In this document: one piece after another, positions 1 to 8,573 of the stretch
How positions within the stretch are numbered: position 1 is the stretch's first letter
Layout of the letters: each line of letters begins with the position of its first letter
Source of the DNA: a bacterium
GTDB taxonomy: Bacteria > Bacillota_I > Bacilli_A > RF39 > UBA660
NCBI GenBank assembly: GCA_019421005.1
Contig: JAHZGA010000002.1
Location: forward strand, 10,204 to 74,203
Direction of reading: 5' to 3'
DNA length: 64,000 nucleotides
The notes under the pieces: model-generated
Told to the model about the DNA's origin: nothing
Database searches by the model: none
The model's input: the letters and a program-made list of their open reading frames with translations, nothing else
Translations under genes and position numbers: made by a program

Positions 1-420
1 TGAATCAATAATTCTAGTTAATCCAGATGGATTAAAAGATAATTGCGGTCCATTATAAATAATATTATTATATTCAACTAAAACGTTTTTATAATTATTG
101 TTTTCAGAAACACTTATAACTCCATAGTAATTATATCCAACAACATCTAAATTACAAACTTTAACATTTAAAATTGTTGGATAACTTATTGAAATTGTAT
201 CAGAACTAGCAAGACTTTTTTTATCAGTAAAAGTATATCTAACTCCTTCATAAGTACCATCTATAGTAACAACTTCTTTACTATTAGCTATTTTAATACC
301 ACTTTCTAAAGTGATATTATCACCAAAATAAATATAAGAATATTCATTTACACCTTCTAAAACATTTTTAAGTTCACTACTGGAAAAAACTACCACTGTA
401 TGATTATTAATAACCTTCAT
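1..420 (-). CDS. hypothetical protein, 5' portion only (gene continues past the left window edge)
   Basis: Not in the ORF track. Manual translation from ATG 420-418 (AAGGAG upstream) gives MKVINNHTVVVFSSSELKNVLEGVNEYSYIYFGDNITLESGIKIANSKEVVTIDGTYEG..., with 140 codons open down to position 1. No motif I can name. Confidence 0.5.
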   Translation of the reverse strand, partial: MKVINNHTVVVFSSSELKNVLEGVNEYSYIYFGDNITLESGIKIANSKEVVTIDGTYEGVRYTFTDKKSLASSDTISISYPTILNVKVCNLDVVGYNYYGVISVSENNNYKNVLVEYNNIIYNGPQLSFNPSGLTRIIDS

Positions 421-487
421 AAATTCTCCTTAATAAATAATATGTATAAACTTAAAAACTATCAACTAGTTAAGATAAATTTTTTTC

Positions 488-520
488 AAAATAAAAATTA
501 GTTATATTTCAAACTAATTT
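488..520 (-). terminator. rho-independent terminator after the PrsW-like gene
   Basis: Minus strand reads AATTAGTT-TGAAATAT-AACTAATT followed by TTTTATTTT. The hairpin starts at the stop codon. Confidence 0.6.
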
Positions 521-1685
521 ATCTACCTTTTTTATTTTCTAATGCTTTAGCTTCATCAATTTGTTTTAAACCTAAATTTATAAAATATACAATTACAATC
601 CAAGCAAGTACTGTCATTGTAATTTGAACTAAATAATATGGTGCTTGAATAGGCATATCCCAAATACCATGTAGTACAACTGGAATTAAACAAATTAATA
701 AAAATCTTTTATCATTTAAATGTTTTTTTTCTAACTTATCAAAACCTTTAACATACATTAATGCTGCTCCTTCTATAGCTGCCCAAGCAACATGTCCTCC
801 AGGTGCAAGAAAACCACGCAATTTAATAATATCTAACATAGCTTGTAATCCATTACCAAGGCCAAATCTTAAAATATATCCTGCTGTTTCAAAAGCTGCA
901 AAACCTGCTCCTACAGCTGCGCCTATTAACAATCCATCTAAAATATAATTACTTCTTTTACTTTTGAATAAGAAAAGTGCAACTACAACAGCTTTAGCAA
1001 CTTCTTCAATTAAACCAATCAGTAAAGCTCCTTCATAAGTTTGAACTGTGGCGCTAGCTTGAAAATATGGTAGTGAGAAATATAAGATAGCTAAAATTAA
1101 CGATAGGGCTCCACCTAAAATAAAGTATTTTATTACCTTATAGAATGGTATATTTCTAAACAAATTAATCTCAAAGAAAAATATCAAAACTGTTACTGGT
1201 ACAGCAAATGCTGCTAACATAATCATAATAGGTAAAAAGTTTTCATTTCCATAATCTATAAAGCCTATCCTAGTTGGAATATACGCTATTACGAAAAATA
1301 TTAAAATTTTAAAATATACCCAAGCACTGGCATCTTTAGGATTAATATCACTAATTTTAGGAGTAGTATTTTTAGTACCACAAACAAATACTTCATCTAA
1401 TTCTTCATCAGTATGTTTTTTAAAAGTATTTTTAAATAAGTCTTTAAAAGTAACATAACTTTTATACTCTGCTCCAGTTATTTTATCTAAATTTTCAGTT
1501 ATTATATTAGATGCGTTTTTTTTATTAATTGGATAACCACAATCTAGACAATTAGTTTCATCACCTTTCAATTTTTTTCCACATTCTGGACAAGTTTGTA
1601 ACTTTATTTTAATTCCACAATGAGGACATACTTTCGCACTTGATGATATTTCCTTACCACATTCATCACATTTAATAAGTGCCAT
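519..1685 (-). CDS. PrsW-family intramembrane protease with N-terminal double zinc ribbon
   Basis: 388-aa ORF. N-terminal ribbons CDECG...CPHCG and CPECG...CLDCG are followed by multiple TM helices. PrsW-type motifs present: IEEVAKA (EExxK), GFAAFETAGY, GGHVAWAAIEG, HGIWD (HxxxD). AAGGAGG lies upstream of the ATG. Confidence 0.8.
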   Translation of the reverse strand: MALIKCDECGKEISSSAKVCPHCGIKIKLQTCPECGKKLKGDETNCLDCGYPINKKNASNIITENLDKITGAEYKSYVTFKDLFKNTFKKHTDEELDEVFVCGTKNTTPKISDINPKDASAWVYFKILIFFVIAYIPTRIGFIDYGNENFLPIMIMLAAFAVPVTVLIFFFEINLFRNIPFYKVIKYFILGGALSLILAILYFSLPYFQASATVQTYEGALLIGLIEEVAKAVVVALFLFKSKRSNYILDGLLIGAAVGAGFAAFETAGYILRFGLGNGLQAMLDIIKLRGFLAPGGHVAWAAIEGAALMYVKGFDKLEKKHLNDKRFLLICLIPVVLHGIWDMPIQAPYYLVQITMTVLAWIVIVYFINLGLKQIDEAKALENKKGR

Positions 1686-1686
1686 C

Positions 1687-2367
1687 TTATTTACCTCCTT
1701 CTGTTAAACTTGATAAAATATGTTCAGCTACACTATTTATTTCATCTGTATTAGTATTTTCTTCTTTAGTTGCAACCATATATACTTTATTATTTATAAC
1801 AGTTGCATATCTATTATCAATTACCACATGATTATCTGAATTATAACTATAGGCAACTCCATAAACAGTTTTATTTCCAATTGTTCCTGAAACTAAATCA
1901 ATTATAATTTTAAGGTCATTATATTGTTCTCTCATATAATCTGTAAAACTATTTAAAAATTGTACCTCATTATTAAATTGATCATATCTACCAACAATTA
2001 AATAAGGAATTAATACTCCCTCGTTATCTACATTTTGACCAACATAAATAAATCCATCCTTATCAGTTATTACCTTATAACTACTAGGTATTTCAAAAGA
2101 TATACCTAAATTAGAATCACTATAAACTGAATATCCACTATTTGATGATGGTGTTGTCTTTTGTTCATTATTATCAGTTGGTTTTCCAAAAATTAAATAA
2201 CCTCCTACAATTATAACTAAACCTATTATTAAATATTTTAAGTTTCCTTTAGATACTTTTTTTACTTTTTCAGTATTAGTTTTTTTAAGTTCATAACCAC
2301 ATTTAGGACAACTATCAGCTTGATCACTTACCTTATTATTACACTCTGGACATTTTATTAATGCCAT
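1687..2367 (-). CDS. zinc-ribbon single-pass membrane protein (anti-sigma-like topology)
   Basis: 226-aa [27 protein letters not shown] ribbon, one TM helix ([16 protein letters not shown]), then an outside domain of about 160 aa. The stop is 1 nt from the PrsW start. GGAAGGTGA lies upstream. Confidence 0.7.
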   Translation of the reverse strand: MALIKCPECNNKVSDQADSCPKCGYELKKTNTEKVKKVSKGNLKYLIIGLVIIVGGYLIFGKPTDNNEQKTTPSSNSGYSVYSDSNLGISFEIPSSYKVITDKDGFIYVGQNVDNEGVLIPYLIVGRYDQFNNEVQFLNSFTDYMREQYNDLKIIIDLVSGTIGNKTVYGVAYSYNSDNHVVIDNRYATVINNKVYMVATKEENTNTDEINSVAEHILSSLTEGGK

Positions 2368-2540
2368 AACATCACCTTCCTATTATATTATGGTAAATTT
2401 TTGTCATTTTATTTACCTTACAATATAAAGTATAATATAATCAGCACTTAAATTAAAGTAATTTTACTAAATAGTCAATGACTTTTTGGCAATTGAAAAT
2501 TTTATTTTATTTTGGTATACTAATGAAATGGAGGTATTTT

Positions 2541-4211
2541 ATGAAGTTCAATGAAATTTTAAATAAATATATTAACCTTATAAACTGTAGTTCTAAAGAT
2601 TTAGCAACCGTTTCAAAATTATCGTCATCAATAATAAGTAGATATAAATCTGGTGGTAGAATACCTAACAATGATAATTTAAAAGTAATAAGTAAAGCAC
2701 TTGAAACTTTATCAAATAATAAATATAGTTATAATGATATTTTAAATGATTTTTATAAATCAATTGATGCTTATTGTTTTGACTTTAAAATAATTAGAAA
2801 TAATTTAAATACATTAATTAATTACTTTAATATAAATGTTAGTGAATTGGCTAAATTTTTAAATTTTGATGCCTCTTATCTTTCTAGAATAAGAAGTGGG
2901 AATAGAATTCCTCACAATAAACAAGAATTTGTTAATTCTTTATCAAAATATATTTTAAAAAAATATAATAATACTGATTTATGTTCCCTAATTAATTGTA
3001 ATATTAATGAATTAAGTTTAAGTAAATTTAAAGATTGGCTTATAAAAGATAATAGTAATTCAAATGAAATTGATAGTTTCTTACAAAAATTAGATGATTT
3101 TAATTTAGGAGATTTTATAGCTTCTATCAATTTTGATAAATTAAAAATTCCTAATATTCCTTTTTATAAAGTTAAAAACAAACATTATTATGGTATTGAA
3201 GAAATGAAACAAGGAGAACTAGACTTTTTTAAAGGTTCTATTTTAAAAAAATCTAGTGATGAGATTTTTATGTGCAGTGATATGCCAATGGAAGATATGG
3301 CTAAAGATTTAGAGTTTTCAAAAAAATGGATGTTTGCAATTGCAATGAGTTTAAAAAAAGGTATGCATTTAAATATCATTCATAATATTGATAGACCTTT
3401 TAAAGAAATGATGTTAGGATTAGAAAGTTGGATACCTATATATATGACTGGACAAATATCCCCTTTCTATTTAAAAGAGGTTAAAAATAGTGTTTATCAT
3501 CATTTAAATTACGTATCTAATTCTGTTGCTTTAACTGGTGAATGTTTAAAAGGACATCATTCTGATGGAATGTATTATTTAACTAATAATAAAACTGAAG
3601 TAGATTATTATAAGAAAAAATCTGATTTATTATTAAAAAGTTCTAATTCATTAATGAATATTTATAAAGAAAACAATTTAGAATTTAAAAACTTTTTAAT
3701 TAAAGATAAAACTATTAAAAAAGATAGAATAAGGTTTTTAGCATCTCTACCTTTATTTACAATTGATGATGCTACACTTTTAAATATTTTAAAAAGAAAT
3801 AATATAAATCAACAAGATATTGATAAAATAATAAGTTTTAAAAATGAAGAAGTTAAACATACTAAAGATATTTTAAAAGAAAATAGTATAAATGATAATA
3901 TCTATTTAAATAAGAATTTTGATGAAGAGATTTGTTTATCTATTGATAATATGTTTTATAATAAAAAAATCTATTATAATTACAAAGATTATAAAAAACA
4001 TTTTAATTTAACAAAAGAATATGCTAAAAAAAATAGCAACTATAAAGTTACTATTAATGAAAACAGAACATTTAAAAATATTACCATTACAATTTTAAAA
4101 GATAATTATGTTACTATTTCTAAAAATTTAAATCCTACCATTCATTTTGTTATTAAACATCCTAAATTAAGACATGCAATTGAAAATTTTAAATCAGCTA
4201 TAAAAGAATAA
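2541..4211 (+). CDS. transcriptional regulator with two HTH modules and a large uncharacterised C-terminal region
   Basis: The ORF track gives 2478..4211. I prefer ATG 2541, which has GGAGGT 7 nt upstream. Two HTH-like modules: DLATVSKLSSSIISRYKSGGRIP and ELAKFLNFDASYLSRIRSGNRIP. The remaining ~400 aa have no motif I recognise. Confidence 0.65.
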   Translation: MKFNEILNKYINLINCSSKDLATVSKLSSSIISRYKSGGRIPNNDNLKVISKALETLSNNKYSYNDILNDFYKSIDAYCFDFKIIRNNLNTLINYFNINVSELAKFLNFDASYLSRIRSGNRIPHNKQEFVNSLSKYILKKYNNTDLCSLINCNINELSLSKFKDWLIKDNSNSNEIDSFLQKLDDFNLGDFIASINFDKLKIPNIPFYKVKNKHYYGIEEMKQGELDFFKGSILKKSSDEIFMCSDMPMEDMAKDLEFSKKWMFAIAMSLKKGMHLNIIHNIDRPFKEMMLGLESWIPIYMTGQISPFYLKEVKNSVYHHLNYVSNSVALTGECLKGHHSDGMYYLTNNKTEVDYYKKKSDLLLKSSNSLMNIYKENNLEFKNFLIKDKTIKKDRIRFLASLPLFTIDDATLLNILKRNNINQQDIDKIISFKNEEVKHTKDILKENSINDNIYLNKNFDEEICLSIDNMFYNKKIYYNYKDYKKHFNLTKEYAKKNSNYKVTINENRTFKNITITILKDNYVTISKNLNPTIHFVIKHPKLRHAIENFKSAIKE

Positions 4212-4212
4212 A

Positions 4213-5280
4213 TTAACTTATTCTTTTTTCATGCATAAAACATTCTAAATCATGAGAGTTTATAATTCCTATTGCTTGTAAATATGAATATATAATAATT
4301 GAACCAACAAATTTCATTCCTCTTTTTTGTAAATCATGAGAAATTGTATCTGATAAAGTAGATGTTGTTAAATGATTTTCATAAATAATTAAATCATTAG
4401 TAAATTGTTTTAAATAATTATAAAATGAACCATACTCATTAACTATATTTTTAAATATTTTAGCATTATTAATACTTGCCGTTATTTTTAATTTATTTCT
4501 AATAATATTTTTATTATTCATTAATTCAGTTATTTTTTTATCATCATAATTTATTATTTTATCTATATTAAAATTATCATAACATTTTCTAAAGTATTCT
4601 CTTTTATTTAATATACATTCAAAAGAAAGTCCAGCTTGAAAAGATTCCAATATTAACATTTCAAGTAAATAGTTATCATCTAAATTAAGTTTACCCCATT
4701 CACTATCATGATATTTTATATATTTAGGATTATTTAAATTACACCATTTACACCTTTTTAGTTTTTTAGGATACTTAAATTTACTTATATCATTTTTTTC
4801 TAGTTCTAATAATTTTAATTTATTTTTAATTCCTCCACCATATCCAGTTAAGTTTCCTTTAGATCCGATAACTCTATGACATGGAACAATTAAACAGATA
4901 GGATTTCTTCCAACAGCATTACCAACAGCTTGAGCAGACATTTTTTTTATATTTTTTATTTTAGCTATTTCTAAAGCAATATCATTATAACTTATTGTTT
5001 TTCCATAAGGAATTTTACTAACTATATCTAATACTAATAAAGAAAATGGTTGAGTATTATCTATTTTATATTTAGGAGTAAAATCTGGATCTTTTCCACT
5101 AAAATAGATATCTAACCATTTAATAGTTTCATCAAATATTTTTAAATCTTTTTTTTGATATTCTTTATTATGTTTTAAATTATCTTTTGAATTTTCAAAC
5201 CATAAACCAGTTAAATAATCACCATTACTAGTTAAACAAATACGTCCTAAAGGTGATTTGTATTCTTTCTTATAATCCAT
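4213..5280 (-). CDS. fusion of methylated-DNA-protein-cysteine methyltransferase (Ogt/MGMT) and DNA-3-methyladenine glycosylase I (Tag)
   Basis: The N-terminal half has the MGMT active site IVPCHRVIG. The C-terminal half has the Tag signature RCKWCNLNNPKYIKYHDSEWG plus a late H..C. It overlaps the upstream gene by 11 nt. Confidence 0.85.
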   Translation of the reverse strand: MDYKKEYKSPLGRICLTSNGDYLTGLWFENSKDNLKHNKEYQKKDLKIFDETIKWLDIYFSGKDPDFTPKYKIDNTQPFSLLVLDIVSKIPYGKTISYNDIALEIAKIKNIKKMSAQAVGNAVGRNPICLIVPCHRVIGSKGNLTGYGGGIKNKLKLLELEKNDISKFKYPKKLKRCKWCNLNNPKYIKYHDSEWGKLNLDDNYLLEMLILESFQAGLSFECILNKREYFRKCYDNFNIDKIINYDDKKITELMNNKNIIRNKLKITASINNAKIFKNIVNEYGSFYNYLKQFTNDLIIYENHLTTSTLSDTISHDLQKRGMKFVGSIIIYSYLQAIGIINSHDLECFMHEKRIS

Positions 5281-6592
5281 TTTTAAAACTCTTAATATAT
5301 TTTTTTCTCATATCATTCATTAATCGTTCAGCAACTTCAACAGATACTAAAGACATATCCATTGATGATGTATCTATTAATACAAAATCAGCAACGCTTT
5401 TTGAAAATAAGTCTTTTAATTTAGTTAAACTATCATTATATTCATCAATGTTATTTTTATTTAAAAATCTTCTTTCTTCAAGTGCTAAACTAGAATTATA
5501 ATCTCTTTTTAATGAAACTATAGCATCTGCATAAGTAACAACTAATACATCAATTAATTCTTTAGATAATTGACTATATTTTTTTCTAGAATTAAGATAA
5601 TTTTCTTCTGATATATCACCTTTTACATATCTACGATAATTCCAAATTTGTCGATCATTTATAGATCTATCAATTAATATAATTTCATTATTATTTAAAT
5701 TATCTAATAATTGTTTATAAACTAAATCAGCAATAGCAAGATTATTATCTTCTAAACTTAATTTATCTAATTCTTTTTTTAAGTGTTCTTTATAATATTT
5801 TGAAGTTGTAAATTCTTCAATTATTGATACATTAAATCCACCTTTTTTAAAAAAGTCATATAGATTATTTATTGTTGTTGTTTTACCAGTTCTTGGTGTT
5901 CCACTAAATTCAACAACAAATGGTTTTAACAAAGTACAGATTTTTTTTAATTTTTTCAATTCTAATTTTTGAGCATGTAATCTTTTTAAATTTTGATAAT
6001 ATTCTTTATTATCATCAAATATTACGTTATTTAAATATTCATCTTCTTTATAGTTAAAAACATTATCTAATATAGTTTTTAATTCATCAAACATAGGATG
6101 ATTTTGATTATCAGAAGTTAAACTTTTATAAATTTCACTATAATACCATTTTTGTTTTTCTTCTCCTCTTTTAAATTTAGAAAAATCTCTAGTACCTGTT
6201 TTTTGAAATTTAATCATTAAATCTTCTAAATTATCTATTTTATCTGCACATATAACTAATTTACTATTTAATGACATTTTTCTTATTTTATCAATTGTTT
6301 CTTTTTTTCTTTCTTCCCATGATAAAGTTTTGTTTTCCGAAACATCATTTACAATATTTGCAACTTCTAAACCAAATTTATTTTGAATATCATTTATTTT
6401 ATAATTGGTATCTTCTACAACATCGTGTAAATAACCAGCCATAACGGTTATATCATCACATCCGTATTCTTCTAATTTAGCACCTACACTTAAAGGATGA
6501 AATTGATATGGTTTATCTGGTTCATTTTTTCTAACTTGATTTGCATGAGCTTTTATAGCAAATTCTTTAGCAATTTGTTTTATATTTTCCAT
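5270..6592 (-). CDS. SpoT/RelA-type HD hydrolase domain fused to a P-loop nucleoside/nucleotide-kinase-like domain
   Basis: N-terminus: HANQVRK...PYQFHPLSVG...AGYLHDVVEDT (alarmone-hydrolase HD_4-like). C-terminus: Walker A GTPRTGKTT and LIDRSINDR (dNK-like ERS/DR region). GGAGGTG lies upstream of the ATG. Confidence 0.7.
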   Translation of the reverse strand: MENIKQIAKEFAIKAHANQVRKNEPDKPYQFHPLSVGAKLEEYGCDDITVMAGYLHDVVEDTNYKINDIQNKFGLEVANIVNDVSENKTLSWEERKKETIDKIRKMSLNSKLVICADKIDNLEDLMIKFQKTGTRDFSKFKRGEEKQKWYYSEIYKSLTSDNQNHPMFDELKTILDNVFNYKEDEYLNNVIFDDNKEYYQNLKRLHAQKLELKKLKKICTLLKPFVVEFSGTPRTGKTTTINNLYDFFKKGGFNVSIIEEFTTSKYYKEHLKKELDKLSLEDNNLAIADLVYKQLLDNLNNNEIILIDRSINDRQIWNYRRYVKGDISEENYLNSRKKYSQLSKELIDVLVVTYADAIVSLKRDYNSSLALEERRFLNKNNIDEYNDSLTKLKDLFSKSVADFVLIDTSSMDMSLVSVEVAERLMNDMRKKYIKSFKNGL

Positions 6593-6677
6593 AAAGCACC
6601 TCCAAATGTATTATATAATATTTTTAAATTTTCTTCAACAATTTTAAAAAATCATAAATATTTTTAAATATTTACGA

Positions 6678-7906
6678 TTATTTTGTTATTGTTATAACTG
6701 GACGAATACCATAATTTGTACTTGTAATACCATATTCATATAGTTTACCATCACAATCAATTCGCCATGCAAAACTAGAGTTTCCAACAAGTGTTGAGGA
6801 AGTCCAATATCCAAAAGTTCCATTATCTAGTTCTTCACATCCGTAATTAGTACAAATAGCTGCATAATTAAATAGCCATTTATATTTACTTGTACCTACT
6901 CCTGTCTTTTGACCACCTTCAAAGTAAAAACCACTTGTTGATGTTAATGAGCTCCAATTAGATACTCCATTTGTTGATGATGTTATATTATTATTTCATC
7001 AGCTGTTATCATTCTGGCTGTGTTTTTTGCTTCACTAGTCCAACTAGATACATCACTTTTTAATTTTTCATTAGCTGTTACTGCACCGGCACTGTTATTT
7101 TCACTTGAGTTCCAAGCTACATTATAGGTTGTATTATGATCTAATATTAAATTTAATGTTTCATCATTATTTGCTATTACATACCATTTCATGCAACCTG
7201 TTTTATTTTCATTTAAACTATTACTTTTAGTATAATTAGAACAATCTTTTTCTCCTGTTTCTGGATTATAATATACCATGTCCCCTATTTTATATGTTTT
7301 TATTATTTCATCTGTTATATCTGTATCTCCTACCTTGTATTGCTCATATATTATTTGACCAAATATATTACTTATTGAAATATTATTAGTAGGAACATTA
7401 TCCATATTTTCTGATAAACTTATTTTTATATAAGCTTTTTTAGTTTCTTTAACTTTTAGTTCATCGCCTATTTTTATGCTTGTATTATCTTGATATTTCA
7501 TTTCAGTTATTAAATTATTTTCTATTAATTCTTCATCAGTTGTTTTAGTACTCCCACTTCCTGTATATGTAAATTTATCTTTTTTAGGATATACTACATT
7601 TGTTATTTTGGCATCTATTTTTCCTTCATTTACGATATCAAAGTTACATATTATATAATCATTAGGAAGTTTTAATTTAATATTACTTAGTTCTAGTGTT
7701 GTGTTATTTTTTATTTCAATATTTCCTACTTCAGCATAGTTATATGCTGTACATTTCGCATTTTTAAAATTTATATTCCAATTAGTTGCTGTTGCTCCTA
7801 ATCTAACAGATCCAGTTATATTTAAATTACTACTTAAGGCTGCATATCCTATTGATAAACAAAATACTAGAACAATTAACAATATTATTATTGCTTTTTT
7901 ATTCAT
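6678..7906 (-). pseudogene. secreted/surface protein interrupted by a frameshift (or sequencing indel) near 6983-6997
   Basis: ORF 6983..7906 has an N-terminal signal/anchor (MNKKAIIILLIVLVFCLSIGYAALSS) and ends ...ARMITADEIII*. The -1 frame then stays open for about 100 more codons (NNNITSSTNGVSNWSS...GYWTSSTLVGNSSFAWRIDCDGKLYEYGITSTNYGIRPVITITK*) down to TAA at 6678-6680. That stretch has no Met, which explains its absence from the ORF track. Confidence 0.7.
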
Positions 7907-7995
7907 TCTAGTTACCTCCTATTTATCTTAAATTAATTATATAATCTTTTATTATAAAAGTGAATACTGTTTAATATTTTTGTTTATTAAATCCT

Positions 7996-8022
7996 ATTAA
8001 AAAAAGTCAAAATTTGACTTTC
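7996..8022 (-). terminator. rho-independent terminator downstream of the Nudix gene
   Basis: Minus strand reads AAAGTCAAA-TTT-TGACTTT followed by TTTTT. Confidence 0.6.
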
Positions 8023-8068
8023 AATAATTACATTAAAACAATATTACTTAACATAGAACCTTATGTTA

Positions 8069-8560
8069 TTATACTTCTTTGATATAATCTAAAATAGATA
8101 AAAAGGTCTGTCCGTGTCCTTTATGAAAATCACCAGCATTAATCATTCGTTTTATCTCATTTACTGTTGCCAATTTAATATCACTTACTTCTTCTTTTTG
8201 ATATGCAATTTTATTTATATCTATATTCATTTTTACATGATATAAATCACATATAGCACCATGACCAACTTTAGTTTTAAGTAATTTTATATTTTCATTT
8301 GCTAAATCTAATCCAAGTTCCTCTCTTACTTCTGTCAATAATCCTGTCATACTATCTTCGCCAGATTTTGGATGTCCACCTGTTGTAGCCCACTTACCAC
8401 CTTTATCCTTACTTCTTTTCTGAATTAAAAATCTACCATCATTATTTTCCATAAAAATCATTACCATTAAGCAATAGTAACCATCGGGAACTATTTTCCC
8501 TTTATAAATAGTATTACCAGTAAAAACTCTGTTTTCATCATATAAATCTCTTTTTTCCAT
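8069..8560 (-). CDS. NUDIX hydrolase
   Basis: Nudix box GGHPKSGEDSMTGLLTEVREELGL. The ORF track start is 8590. ATG 8560 (MEKRDLY...) has a better SD (AGGGTGA), so the start is uncertain. Confidence 0.85.
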   Translation of the reverse strand: MEKRDLYDENRVFTGNTIYKGKIVPDGYYCLMVMIFMENNDGRFLIQKRSKDKGGKWATTGGHPKSGEDSMTGLLTEVREELGLDLANENIKLLKTKVGHGAICDLYHVKMNIDINKIAYQKEEVSDIKLATVNEIKRMINAGDFHKGHGQTFLSILDYIKEV

Positions 8561-8573
8561 AAAACTTTTCACC

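Noticed and set aside
437-465. TTGATA-17-TATTAT promoter-like match upstream of the partial gene at 1..420.
   Set aside because: The predicted TSS would fall on the first base of the SD (AAGGAG at 429-424), leaving almost no 5' UTR. It is plausible but not well enough supported to list as a feature.
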